Assembly (NCBI GenBank): GCA_964270895.1
Contig: OZ185437.1
DNA: 64,000 bases
Strand: one strand, 5' to 3'
Source of the DNA: Podarcis filfolensis
Taxonomy: Eukaryota
Position numbers and translations under genes: made by a program. Below are positions 24,900 to 38,092 of the stretch, one piece after another. Position 1 is the first letter of the stretch. Every line of letters starts with the position of its first letter. A model generated the notes under the pieces. It searched no databases. It was not told the DNA's origin and saw nothing but the letters and a program-made list of their open reading frames with translations.

Positions 24900-25585
24900 G
24901 ACTGTCCCAGGTGGTTTGAACCTGACTAGTGGGAGTTTGGGTGTACGGGGTGTTAGGGAAGGAGTAGTATCTCTGGTGGGGGACATGTTGTGCTCCTTCT
25001 GGGATAGTTTGTCTACCTTTGGTCTGCACTCAGCTCCTAGAAGCTGTCAGCATGTGACAGTGGCCACATCCCAGAAAAGGCTTCGACTGGCCGGCTAAGC
25101 AAAGTGAGGATCTCAAACCCTTGGTGAGTTAGGGACTTCCCCTGCATGTGAAGACAGGCTCTGGCGGATTGAGTGGGTGAGACCAATAGTGGTTCCAGTG
25201 ATCAAGAAGGCAGTTTCTGCACATGCTGTAGAGGGAAGTGAGGGACAGATGGGGCTCATCAACATGGGAAGGTAGACCATCTAGGAGAAGGAAAACTCTG
25301 ATCCTAAACCTCTGCTGCTTTGCAGGATGTCTTCAGGAGAAGAAAAGGAGAAGTTAAACCTATACAAATGCAGATTTGTGGCTGGTGCCTTGTTGCTGCA
25401 ATTGCTGAAGGCAAGCTGGTGCCAAATCTATTGCTCTGCTTTCCTTTTGGAGGTCTTGTCGTCTGTGCAGCCCAGGATCTCCATACACACGGCCCAGGCT
25501 TGTGCCCCAGGGAGGTCACTTTGGTTTGACTTCTCCGCCCAGAGGTGCACTCCATTGTCTATCGAGACAGACAAATGCCAACCAT
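24900..25585 (+). mobile_element. Probable RTE-clade LINE-derived non-coding element
   Basis: Contains catctaggagaaggaaaactctgatcctaaacctc, which I recall from RTE/Expander-type 5' UTRs, and a gacttctcc...gcactccattgtct..gagacagac..atgccaac 3' segment. No RT/EN ORF. Boundaries are approximate. Confidence 0.45.
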
Positions 25586-27755
25586 GGTTGTTGAAAGATG
25601 ACCCTGGTTCTGGTCTTCCTGTTCCACTTTATAACCTCTCTACAAGTTGTTTCTACAAGCACCAAGCACAAGCACCAAGAGTGCCTTATGCCTCCTTTTG
25701 TATCAGCGAACAGAGGTTTGCTTAGAGTGTGGGGTGCCTCTTTCCAAAGTCCCAGGGGGCCCTTTCCTTCACTTCCTTCCTCTTTGGGGTGAAGCTCCTG
25801 TAGCAGCTGTACAACTGAAGCACATCCATAAGGCAGAAAGCATATCACTTAGCACCAGGACAAAGGAATATTATCATTATCATTATTATTTGTGGCCCAC
25901 CCATCTGCCTGGGTTGCCACAGCCACTCTGGTCTGCTGGTCTGCACACGCTATGTATAGCTCTCTTCTTCTGTCTGTTGTTTCCATTTCCCTTTAGTTCA
26001 GCAATTCCCCAAACGTGGTCCAGAGACTACAAGTGGTCGGTTAGCTTCATTCAGATGATCTATGGCAGGTTTGCGAATTTTTGGTTGGATATAGAAGATG
26101 ACACAGCCATAGCATTAAATATTTATAAAATATATTAATTTTTTTCTTCTATTTAATTGCTTTTTTATTTTAATTGCTTCTTTTATTTCTTATATTGTAA
26201 TAGAATTTGGATTTTATGGAATACAATATATAAGAGATAGAAGAAGGAAGAAAAATCTAATTAAAAACCATTGAGCACAGCACATTATAATGGCTGCAAC
26301 AGGCAGGAAAGGCACTAAGTGCTCCACCAGGACCTTTACCAATTTTCAGCTCATCTGTGAGGGAAAAAGTTTTGGAATGACTGCTTTGACAAATGGGATA
26401 AGGAGCTAAAGATCCTCCCACAGTGGTTTATGTTTGGATCCTATGGTCCCCACAGCTGCCCAAGGAGGAAGCACTTTCCTCCATTTTATGATTTAGCTGC
26501 CTGGTCTTTGCTTCCCAGGGATCCTTTGGGAGGAATGATGGGATAGAATTTGAATAAAATGCTGCCCATGTGCAGTGTGCCCTGTAGGGCGCTCAACTTC
26601 TTAGACAACTCACGAGTTCTGTAAATTCATTGGGCTAGTGGCAGGGGCATTACTCATTGTGCCCCCCACCCTACCTGAAAGGTAGGGCACTCCAAAATGG
26701 CTGCTATTTCTGGAGGCTCAATCCTCCAAGTGCTGCTCCTTATGGGGCCAAAGCAACATTCTTCACATAAAAGAAGAAGACATCAGCAGACTCAGGGAAC
26801 GCAAGTTTACAGAACAACAACAACAACACTTTAGGGGGAAAGCCCTCTCCCCCCCCAGTGTTTATTGAAAGCTAACTGTCTGTTTGGGGGAGGGCTGGAA
26901 GACCAGGGACAGTGCTGAAATGGAGTGTCTCTAATACCGAACCAAAGCACTCCACACTGCAACACTTTGCTGTAGATCCCCACACTGTGGAAGGTTGCCG
27001 TATTGTTTTCTCTTTAAAAGGGGGCACACAAGCATTCACGTGGTTTAGCTGGAGTGGCACTCACTCTAGCTGTCCAGCAGTCTTTCTATAAGAAAAGATT
27101 TCACAACAGTTTGGAAGCTGTGTGGGGATGGCGGAGACCGGGGTGTGGATTCATAACATCCATGATGGATGTTGTCTCCATCCAAAGTTGTGCTTTGAAG
27201 AAGGTCACACTCTTTCTTTAAGTATGCAGGTGGGCAGTGGAGTGCAGGAGAAAACATCTCTTCCCTACCCAACTTCAAACTGTGCTTCCGCTAAGGGGTT
27301 TGATCCCCACTCATCAGCCGATAAGCAGGGATTCAACCTTGCTGCCTTGGCTGTGTGATCCTGTTCCCTGTTCTCTGTGATGTCATCTGATGAGTAGGTG
27401 GGTAGCTGTGGTTTGGGATTAAATGACCTCACTTGCCAAGATGGACTCATGGGCTAACAATTCCCCACTCCTGCTCAAAATGAACTTCCTGTGTCTTCTT
27501 TAATTCATTTGCTGCACAACCTGGATTTGCCAGTGCATGAGTGAATCCCTCCCCCAAATAAGAGTCAGGAAGTGTTGGCTGCATATTTGTCCCTTCCTGA
27601 GGCTTTTGTTTTGTAAATTTATAAATGGTCTGCAGCATCACATAACCCAACCATGTGACAGTAGCAACTGACCAGAATTTGCATTCTGTTGCCTTATATT
27701 CAGGGCCTCATTAAGCTTGAGAGCCTTTTTATTTTTAGCTCAATGTTCATGGGTA

Positions 27756-28013
27756 CAGTGGTACCTCAGGTTAAGTACTTAATTTGTTCTGGAGGTCCGT
27801 TCTTAACCTGAAACTGTTCTTAACCTGAAGCACCACTTTAGCTAATGGGGCCTCCTGCTGCTGTCGTGCCGCCGGAGGACAAGTTCTGTTCTCATCCTGA
27901 AGCAAAGTTCTTAACCCGAGGTAATATTTCTGGGTTAGCGGAGTCTGTAACCTGAAGCGTATGTAACCTGAAGTATATGTAACCTGAAGCATCTGTAACC
28001 CAAGGTACCACTG
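27756..28013 (+). mobile_element. Family B MITE, copy 3 (258 bp)
   Basis: TA|cagtggtacctc...aaggtaccactg|TA, with four 16-bp subterminal units. Confidence 0.93.
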
Positions 28014-30449
28014 TACTTAGAAAGCTTGAACTGGGGGCTGGGGAATCAAGGCAGAACTTTATATCCAGTTAGGTCATTTGAATTGGCTGCATTTTATGTT
28101 GCTGAAAATATTTGTTTCACTGTAAGAAAATTCCATCTCTCTCTCTCTCCATTTCCTGTGTTAGCAGGACAGTTGAGCAGGACCCCAAGACCTACACAGA
28201 GCAGTGTCATTGTTCAAATGTTTGACCTAAGGAGTTAAGAAGGCAGGAAAGTGCTGGCATATTCTTGGCTCTCTGCCCTCAGACATCAGATTTCTTGAAA
28301 CTTCTCTCCTTACTTATTTTTTTTCTTATTTTTTTTAAAGCAGCAAATCACATTAAGAAACAAATACAATGCTGTCTTTCCCTCTACTCTGTTACTGTTT
28401 TTAAACACACAGTACACACATTGTATAGAATAGTTAGAGTGATCCAACCTAAAAAAAACCAAAAAAACCAGGAAAGCAACCAGATACTTTTCTACTTATT
28501 GATCTTTTAAAAGGGGGCTGGTGGAGGAGAGATTGTTTTCATAAAGGTTTAATTCACCCCCCACTTTTTTTTTAGCTTTTTAACCTAGCTGCCGCCCATT
28601 TCATCCTGCTTCTCTTTGTGAAATGCTAATCCATCCACAGGGGTTCACTTTCCTGGTGTAACTTTCCAGAAATTGTATATCTGCATAGCAACTTCTCCAC
28701 AGGCAGCTTATGTCACAGTATCATGTGTCAGAAAGATGAAAAGAACTCCAAATCTGAGCTGCGCTACAAACTTGTGCCCCTGATTCTGGGGGCATACATA
28801 TCCTGGCATACTTAAAATAAGTGCTAGGCCAGGCGATTTCAGGACAAGAGAGGTGCAAACTTTTATCAGGTTGATGACAGGAAAATGACACACACGGGCT
28901 TGCCTCAGTCCTGTGTGGATGATCCGGCAGAAAACAAAGGTTGTCTTTTTCCTCCCTTCCCGCTTCCAATCCCCTCGTCCCTGTTGTCTGCCTCCAACTG
29001 CAACCTGAGCCTGAATCTTGAGCCCAGTGTCCAGATTAGAGATTGTTGACTCAGATTTAGTAGTGAAATAGGAGCCAGGCCCAGTTGATGGGCCAGCCTT
29101 GCAGAAGCAGGTTTGCTTTAAGCCAAAAGAAAGATCATGTGTCAGCCAGGAGCCTGGCTTTTCTTTATCACAAACTTCCTAATCTGCATCTTCTTTTCTT
29201 TTTCTTAGTTTACCTGCTTTCCATTCCTTCTATATGGCATTGTAAATCAGGGAATTAACAAGTGTGGCAAGCCTTTTGCCATAGCGAGAGACAATGAGCT
29301 TTCTGTATCTTTTAACGAGCAAGCAGCACTTAGCATAATCAATGGTGAGTTCAAGGCCGAAAGGATGAAAAATAGTGGCTTGGTCTGATCACTTTGAGGG
29401 TATTTCTCATCATCCGAGTAAGCTGCTTTTATGAGAAATATGACATGCTCTGGAGGCTTGCTCTCCATTTTGCAGGAGAATCATTAAAAGAAATCATTAC
29501 ATCTCTCTTTCGCTCCCTTCCCCCCCTCTCTTTGGCACACATGCTCCTTTTTCTTGGCTTTTGATTTCATCCATCTTTCAGACGCTTCGTGCCTTTAGTA
29601 ATTTATGTGCAAGATTTTTCCAAACCTCCAAATGTTTTTCCATTTGGCAAACCACCTCCTGAAACCTCCACAGAATGTAACCGTAGAGTTTTCTTGTAGT
29701 CAAAAACATGAACTATGAATGTTAACACAAAGATGCCTCTAATACTTGCTAATCCTGCACAGAAACGATCTATTTATGTACAGGAGGATTGTTGTTTCTC
29801 TCGGTTATTGTCCATTGTTAGAGCTTGTTTTACATACACCTTAAGGTTTTCTTCATGAGGATTTTGTTTTTGTTGCTTGTGTGTGTGTGTTTTTTTTAAA
29901 AAAAACACAACCTTCTGTTTTTTGGATGCTTCACGATACCATATGGAGAACTGTTTTGTACTTCTGCTGGTAATGTTACAAGCCCTGGATATAAACTAGT
30001 TGTGTGTGTGGCTTTTCTTTTTTAAAAATGCATGATGACCTTGTTTTATATTCTGTACATGCTTAGCTTTTATGGAGTATCTTTAAATGATATATTAAGA
30101 AAGGCTAGCCTTTGTAACATGTACAATTTTAGCACCAAATTCTATCAGCACAAACCAATATGTATCTACTCAGAAATTCATTGGGGCTTACTCCCAGATA
30201 AGTGTGTCCAGGATCGCAGCCCACATCTGTGATATATATCTAAAGTACATTTCATATATCTACATATATGTGGTTTAAATGAGCTTCATTCCCATAACAT
30301 TCTACAACTCCTGCAGTCTAGTTTACAGGTAGAATATGTCTTTGTTGTGATGTTGCTTTATGTTTGATATCTGTCCTCCTTGATTCTGCACACTTTTCTC
30401 ATGGGAAGGGTACAGCAAGAGATTCTCAAGATCCTACTCCCCTCCTTCA

Positions 30450-30650
30450 AGGAACATAGGAACATGGGGAGAGCCTGTTCTCACAGCGACCAACCAGATG
30501 CCTTTACAAAGCCTGGAAGTAGGATTCAAACACAAGAACAGTCTCCCCACAGCTGGCGTTCAGCGGCATTGCTGCCCCCAACTGTCTTTGGAAGCATAGC
30601 ACAGGATAGCCACCAGGGCTAGGAGCCTTCAGCAGCCCTCTCCTCCATGA
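30450..30650 (-). mobile_element. CR1 LINE 3' fragment (degenerate)
   Basis: ggaacataggaac...ctgttctcacagcgaccaaccagatgcc...agcagccctctcctccatga resembles the reverse complement of the squamate CR1 3' end. Confidence 0.6.
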
Positions 30651-31619
30651 GGAAATAAAGCATTGCCCTTTAAAATAAAGATTTAAGCCATTCTCATGCA
30701 TAAACCTCATAAATAGCCTCACTAAATTGGTTTTATGGCAGCAGCAGAGAACCTGTGTCCTGCGAGATGTTATTAGTCTGCAGCTCCAATCCCCCTTGAC
30801 CATTGGTAGAGGCCAATGGGAACCAGGGTCCAACAACCTTTGGAGAGACATGGGTTTCCCATGCCTGCTTTAAAACAACCACACCGGTGGCTTATATGGC
30901 TTGTGGCTCTTAGGTCCCAAGGTCCTGTGACTGTTCAGAGACTGGCTTGTGCCAAGGGAGCCACAGCAACATCCGGCACAAGCCTCTTTCTGCTACGCTG
31001 CCTGTCAGTTTGCCCTCTCACTTTACGCACCTTCTAGATTGTTCCAGGTGAGTAGAGATAAACCAATGGGAAGAATCATGCATAGCTAAGTTGTCTCAGT
31101 TCCATCCCGTCATCTTTCTTACTTACTGAAACCTATGTAACAGTTTGGCAAAACACTGATGCGCTCCTCCCTCCCTGCCACAAAAAAACTCCCTCAGGTA
31201 GGTGAACGTCAACTGTTTGTGAAGAAAACCTTCTTCTTCTCCTCTGCAGTCCACCTTCTTAATATGCTAAATGTAGTTCAAGTATAATCTAGCCACTTTG
31301 TGTTTCTTGAGTAAGTGGGAGAGCTTAGGTACTTTTGGCAGGAGCAATGTAATTGCCTCCACTTTTGCGCTCTACCTTCTTTTGACGTGTTTCCGATTGG
31401 GGGCCCCACTGTTATGCCCCAGCAAGCAAGCAATGGTGGATGCCAGATGCAATGGTGGATGCAGTAATGGCAAGGAGATTGATGTAAAAACAGATGCTTC
31501 TGTATTAGTTCACTTTCAGTGGAATTTATAGGAAGACAAAGATAGAAACCATTTTCCATTGTAAAACACTGAGCTGTTATGCTGGTGCTCATCTGGAAAA
31601 AGGTCCTGGAAATTAAATA

Positions 31620-32011
31620 CTGTATTTTTCCATGTAAGACTATATTTCCCCCCAAATTTTTTAAGCTTTAAATTGGGGGTCGTCTTATACACGGAATGTT
31701 GCAATTATTTATTTCTTAATTTTGGGCTCAAAAAATAGGGGTCATCTTATACATGGGGGCGTCTTATACAGTGGTACCTCAGGTTAAGTACTTAATTCGT
31801 TCTGGAGGTCCGTTCGTAACCTGAAACTGTTCTTAACCTGAAGCACCACTTTAGCTAATGGTGCCTCCTGCTGCTGCTGCACCACCGGAGCCCAATTTCT
31901 GTTCTCATCTTGAAGCAAAGTTCTTAACCTGAAGCACTATTTCTGGGTTAGCGGAGTCTTTAACCTGAAGCGTATGTAACCTGAGGTACCACTGTACACG
32001 GAAAAATACGG
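31620..32011. mobile_element. Tc2-type MITE interrupted by family B copy 4
   Basis: TA|ctgtatttttccatgtaagac at left. The right TIR gtctta[TA..insert..TA]cacggaaaaatacgg|TA is reconstituted when 31769-31996 is removed. Confidence 0.85.
31769..31994 (+). mobile_element. Family B MITE, copy 4 (226 bp), nested
   Basis: TA|cagtggtacctc...gaggtaccactg|TA, inside the right TIR of the Tc2-type element. Confidence 0.93.
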
Positions 32012-33835
32012 TAGCTAGGCAGAATCAGTTCTGTCTAGAGCAGATGTATGATCTTTCCCATTCCTAGTGATATCCCATATCTTTCTTAGCTATTGAACAT
32101 GCTGGGATCACTACTGGCAGGAAATGCCTCCTAGCTCCACCTTGTTTGGAGAGCCATCTCCATCATCCATATTTAGCAGAAATACAGTGGGTATACAATG
32201 CTAATTTCTTACCTCCAGTGGTATGTAAACACCCTTGGGTCAGGAATTCATTCTTGGATTCAATGCAGTAGTTTTCATTACTGCTGTGGGGCACAGAGAG
32301 AACGTTGCATTCGCTCACTGCCTCTCAGACCAAAATATCAGAGGGTTCTTGTGAAAATTCACTGCGGACAAATACACTGTGAGCTCTTGGAGGAAGAGTA
32401 ATATATAAATTAACAAATACAAATAACAGTGGTACATTGCTGTGTCTATATTTCCAAAGTGATCTCAAATAGTATTGTTTTTAGTTGCATTTCTGTAAAT
32501 CCATCAGCTGGATTTGCCCCGGAATTCACAGGAAAAACAATCTCCTTGTTAGCAAATCTTTACAAGAACAGGAACAAGAGGTCAAAATTCTGCTTTTGTT
32601 CATCCTACACTGACGGCCACTGGCCATCAGTGGAAATGCTTTGGACTGATACCCTTGTATCAGCTGGCTCCTTCTAGTATAGCATTTCATTTTCCAGGCT
32701 GTTACTCGCCTCTCTCGGTGACTGTGACATTTTCTCTGGAGACACACATAATCCATATTAATAGCCGAAGACTTCGTGGTGATCAAGGCTGAATTAATTA
32801 ATTGTCTGTTGCTTTAACAAACAAAACCTAGACTGGTTGTAGTCAATTATATGTGTTATTGGTGTACGCACGAGGAACATGAGCATGGTTTGCGCTTTCA
32901 GCGTGACATCTGGGCCCAGATTTGGGACAGAGGCATAACGCAAAGTGCAGGTGGAAGCTCTATTTGTCTCTGAGAAAACACAGCACAGTCCCATTTGTAA
33001 ACAGGGGTGTTAATTTGCACTGTGGACAAGGATTCTTCCTGCTCCGCTGCCAATCTCCTTGCTGTTTCTCCAGTCGATCCTTCTTGGGCCTGATGCTTAC
33101 TGCTTGCTAGAGATCAGGCTTGTTAAACAAATCTAAGCATCACTTTCAAGAGTACACCAGGATTCTCAACGCTGGACTTTCCCACCCTGTCTTCCCGGCA
33201 GATCGTTTAAATGGCAAGAGCTGCCCAGACTGCAGTAACGTCAGCAGTCTCGACAATCCCCTTGATCCAGCTGGTGATAAGCAACAGCAAAGCCTCCACA
33301 TGGCCCCTGCTGGTATGTTGGAAGAGGACATGATGAACTCAGGTGTCTGCCAGACGCAGAGGTGGATGCCGAGAGAGGGCCCCCGCATCTGATTCTGCTC
33401 GTCCAGTGTTCCATTAAAGAGCTTTGCAGACATCCGAATGGTGGAGTGCTGGCCAGGGGGGTTGGCTCAGCGGGCTAATTAGTGTCTCGGACCTTCTGCT
33501 GTCCTGGAAGTCCCAGCGTTGCTGGACAGAGCTGTCTGTTGTGTTCCTGGTGTCAAATGGCCTGGTTCCACATCTGTGGTGCCGGCATTTGGTTGGTCTG
33601 CTGGGCTCTCATTTGGCCTATAAATGCAAGCATCTGCTGGGGTGATGCTGGCTCCTTGGCAGATTTCAGCAGGGCTGGTGACCTGCTGTGGCACTTACTA
33701 GTCAATCAGCTCTAATCCGGAGGTGTGCGAGAGAACAGGGAAATTATTCCTATTGCCCAAGTAAGTGCCTTAAGGAACAAGGCATATTGTGAAGTTAAAA
33801 GGCAGGGAGGCAGAAGGGTGATGGGATGCAACAGA

Positions 33836-34017
33836 CATAGGAACCAGTTTGGGCAGCTGCCTTATGGGGAGTCGGCCCCATCTTGTTCAATATTGTCTGG
33901 CAGTGGCCCTCCAGGATTTCAGACAGAGGCCTCACACACACCTGCCCAGAGATGTTGGACGCAGCACCTGGGACCTTCTGCGTGTGAGGCAGGTGTTCTA
34001 CTACTGAGCTAGGGCCC
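33836..34017 (-). mobile_element. tRNA-head / CR1-tail SINE (Squam2-like)
   Basis: Reverse complement reads gggccctagctcagtagtagaacacctg...aaggtcccagg...; tail cataggaac...gctgccttat. Confidence 0.7.
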
Positions 34018-36337
34018 ATTCCAGGACCAGGAGCTCAACAAGAGCAGCTCCAAGTCCTCAGGCAGAGCCATCCACATGTTAATCCTTCAACAGGTGGGAA
34101 GCCACAGAACCCAGAACACAACGGGACGCAAGCACATTGTAGATGGTGAGCAGCCTTGCAGAGAAGCCAGATGAAGGAAATGAACCAAGAGGCAGGATGA
34201 AATATTTGTTATGTCCTGTTTGAAATTAAATAAAATGCTGCCATCCGATGCATCCTCTTAGCACGAACAGAATGAGTATGTTGTGTGCTGGAGCAAAGCA
34301 GGGCTTCTGAAGAATGGCTACTATGATAATGGTGCACTGCACAGTGGACATCATCTCGAGGGTAGGAGTTCATTGGCTACCTCTGGGGATTCCTTCCCCA
34401 AGAAAGTGCACATTCCCAGGACAGTGCATTTAATTGATAGCACAGCTTTCTAGGTGGTACCCACCTCAAGAGCCACCCAAAGATGAGAAAGGGGCTGGGG
34501 AAAGGGACTGAAGGAGCCGAGCTATGGAAGGTGGAGAAGGAAATAATGCGCATCCATTTTGACAGGTGTTGCACTTACAGTTCTAGAAAAGACATGGATA
34601 GTGACATTTACATTCAGCCTTCTTTCCATTTTAAGCACAGCCAAGGATAAAGCATTAAATAGAGCATCCGAGCTGACCCAAAACATTTTGCCACCCGGAA
34701 AGGAGATCAAACAGTGGCCCTCCTTTCCACCGGGATCGTCGCTGAATTTTGCCACACAATTCAGACACCAACGGCGATCTTCATTGATTGTCACCACAAG
34801 TAAGTGCCAGAGAGCGTCACTTCAACCTGCTGTGTGGCAAAACTAGTTTCATATAGCATGCCTGCACTTCAGCAAGTGTATTCAATCTGGGCTGCTGAGA
34901 AATGCTTCCATGCAGGTGGGAGTGTTTCAGGTAGGGGACATTGTCTGCACAGGACTGCATGGGAGGAGCTTCTTCAGCTAATGCCAGCTGCTCTCAAGAA
35001 TGTGCAGAGCTTCCATGGAGGGTCTTCAGAAGGTGCCAGAGGCATTTAAGGCTGTGTGGTAAAGAAACAGCCAATCTAAGGAGATTTGTAGATTAGAAAA
35101 AGCTACAGTATGTTCTGCAAGTGAATAATTCAATAGGGAAGAGAGTTCAGCTAGTCATTCACTCTGAGCAGAAATGTCAATGGCTCAGGTGTTAAACAAA
35201 TGATACATGTGTGAGACTTTGGTTCTAACGCACACATTTTTTTGGCTGCAGCAGCAAAGTGTTTCGAGGCACCTTAAATACATTTATTATGACATAAGCT
35301 TTCATGGACTGTAATCCACAACATCAGTAGAGGCATTAAGTATTATCCTGAGTCACAGTATTTACATACATGGCGATGGGGGGTGGGGTAATTGTAAACG
35401 CTGAGGGTCAGAGTGAAATGAAACGCAGGAACTGCAGAGAGTGATGGTTACATTATTGACAGCAGCCAGCCATTCCACTGAAACAAACAGAGAGCCAGTT
35501 CACATGTGCTCTAAATATGTCACTCCAAGCCTGTATATTCAGAAGCAAGAACCTGTGATTTCGGTGGGCATCTGCAGAGAATTGGATCAAATCCCATTCT
35601 ATACATATTTATTTATTCATATTTCTATACAAATGTATTTCTAATGCACATATGTTGCACCAGGCGGCTTCCATTGATTGCGCTTTGTAAGTGGATTTGA
35701 TGGGGTGGCAGGAAAATACACAGAGTCTCATTCCAGACAAGAAAGCCACACTGGTTGTTGGTGGCAGGTGCATTGTCTGTTCTTTAGGTGTCGTTCAGTC
35801 TGCTTTGGACGGAGTAGGACTCCCTCTAAAGGCAGCAGCCTTGCAGCAACCATTGACTCTATTGTTTATCATTTGGTCTGTTTTGCATTTGCAATGGGTC
35901 TGTGAAACTCCCAGAGAACTAGGTTGCGGTGGGTTGTTGTGATTTATATAGGTCCTTGTGGTTTATAAACACAACAAGTAAATATAAAAGTACAAGGACA
36001 TCATCTGCAGTCTTTACTGCTTCATGGGCAAATACTGAGAGCAGTGTGGTTAAACATAGTCTGTTTTTAATGTATCATTTTGCAGTGGCACTGCAAAAGG
36101 TACATTTTGATTTCCTCACTTTTATCCAAATCTAGACATTTCCGCCTGCCTGTCTACAATTTCTTAACGAAAAAATATGAAACATTTTGGAGTTCCTGTG
36201 TCTCACCCGTAGACTTTTGCATATGAAACATGGCATATCCAGCACTGCATATGTCCCTGCAGCAGTGATGAGGAGACTTTGGCCCTTCAAATCTTTTTCT
36301 TTTATCCACCAGCTGCGGCCAGCATGACCAATGGTCA

Positions 36338-36523
36338 GGGACGAGCCAGCACTCAATGGTAGAGCACTTGCTCTGCATGCAAGTCCCAGCTTCAACCCCC
36401 AACATCTCCAGGTTGGGCTGGGAGGGAAGCCTACCTGAAACACTGGAGAGCCACTGCCTGTCAGTGTAGGTAATATGGAGCTAGATGGGCCAGTGCTTTG
36501 ACTTATGTTTGCCTACTCCTATG
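36338..36523 (+). mobile_element. tRNA-head / CR1-tail SINE (Squam2-like)
   Basis: ctcaatggtagagcacttgctctgcatgc...catctccagg...ctggagagccactgcctgtcagtgtagg...gagctagatgggcc. Same family as 33836-34017. Confidence 0.75.
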
Positions 36524-37299
36524 CTGGGAGGAGTCCAAAAACATCTGGAAGGATACAGATTTTCCCTTCTGTATTCTGCAAGGGATGCTCTGGAATAACA
36601 GTTCACGAGCACCTTATTATGACCTCTCTCACTGAAAATTTAAACAGGAAATAATTCAGCTGTCTAATGCTCCGTGGATGATTGCAACACTATAATAAAA
36701 AAATACTGCACACTGATTATGGTGATTATAGACAGATACCTATTAGAATTGGGTTTTCCCACCTTGTCCTTAAAATCAGTGGGAAAACACAGTTCATTGA
36801 GCAAAGGTGGAAAGAAACAGAACTGTAATTTGTCTCAAATGGACACTGTCCTCTTTTTTCAGTCTTGGGGGGAAAAAAGGCTTTTCTTTCCGTCGTCAGT
36901 ACAGTGAGTAACTGCAAATGCCTTTGGCTCTATGCCACCACCTAGTGGAACTTCTGAGAACCTGCCGCTGCGCGACTATGAGAGAACATTTCCACTGCCG
37001 ATGGAAAATGCACACAGACAAACTGAATGCAGTAGCAATCAGCCAAGGAGTCTATATTTAGTTCTGAATTAAGCTAGGTCTGGCTTTTGCTTTCTCAGTC
37101 CCGCAGTGTTTTGAAGTGCTTCATTCAGGGCTTGCTTGAATTGTGGGAAAGGACAAGGAGAGTTCAATTCACAGCCACAAGGTGGCAGCAGTGTGCTTGT
37201 GAGATAGGAGTTGGAGAGAGAGAAAAATCTGTGTGATAATCTACGTTTCCCTCCCGGAATTCCTGGTGAACGGATTTTTGCTTGGTGGATGTGATTCAA

Positions 37300-37457
37300 C
37301 AGTGGCGTAGCGTGGGGGGTGCAGGGGGGGCGGGCCGCACCGGGCGCAACATCTGGGGTTAGGGCAAATCCATGGGTTAGGGGGCGCAAATCCACGGGTT
37401 AGGGGGCGCAAATTACTTGCCTTGCCCCGGGTGCTGACAACCCACGCTACGCCACTG
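37300..37457. mobile_element. Young hAT MITE (158 bp)
   Basis: Perfect 17-bp TIR cagtggcgtagcgtggg / cccacgctacgccactg and perfect 8-bp TSD tgattcaa (37292-37299 / 37458-37465). CpGs are intact. Confidence 0.96.
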
Positions 37458-38039
37458 TGATTCAATCTACTTGCTGTTGTTGTTTTGCATACTCCTGGAC
37501 AAGATTTCCTAAAGTGGTCAATACTGACTCCGTGGGGGTGAATAAAGACCAAGGGGTCGAAAGGGGTCCAAAAGGAACTAGATGTGGGAAAGATGTTTAT
37601 AAGGAATAGTACAAAAATAATAATCAGGAATGATGAGCCTCAGAAGTAAAGGGCATGCACATGTAAAGAGTACACCTCCCTTATCAATGAGAAACCTCTG
37701 TATTTAGCAAGATAATTCCACAACACCACAGAATTTCTTATTCTTGGTGATTAATAGATGCTGCTTATATATTGATTTTTTTTTACTTGGCTTCATTTAC
37801 ATTCCTAAGAATTTGGGATGGAGTCAATGACAACTTGCCTAGGGAAATTCAGAGAAGCTCAGATTTCGAAGGATGGCTATGTTTTCATTCGCATACTGTT
37901 TTTGAAAACATGAATTGTGTAGGTAGGCTTTAAATGTGAACTATTTCAAATTTATCTCCCATCCCCAAACCCTCTCCATGTTATGCAGTTTATTATACAG
38001 CTGTCGCTAGCACAGGTTCCCCGTTCTGTGTTTGGAGGG

Positions 38040-38092
38040 AAGAAGAAGAAGAAGAAGAAGAAGAAGAAGAAGAAGAAGAAGAAGAAGAAGAA
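38040..38092. repeat. (GAA)n microsatellite, about 17 units
   Basis: Read directly. Confidence 0.95.

Noticed and set aside
23058-26138. 139-aa (23058), 132-aa (25327) and 163-aa (25647) ORFs
   Set aside because: No recognisable domains. The latter two overlap a repeat-derived region and low-complexity sequence.
37356-37413. Interstitial telomeric sequence or chromosome-fusion relic
   Set aside because: There are only isolated GGGTTAGGG cores inside a TSD-bounded MITE, not a (TTAGGG)n array.
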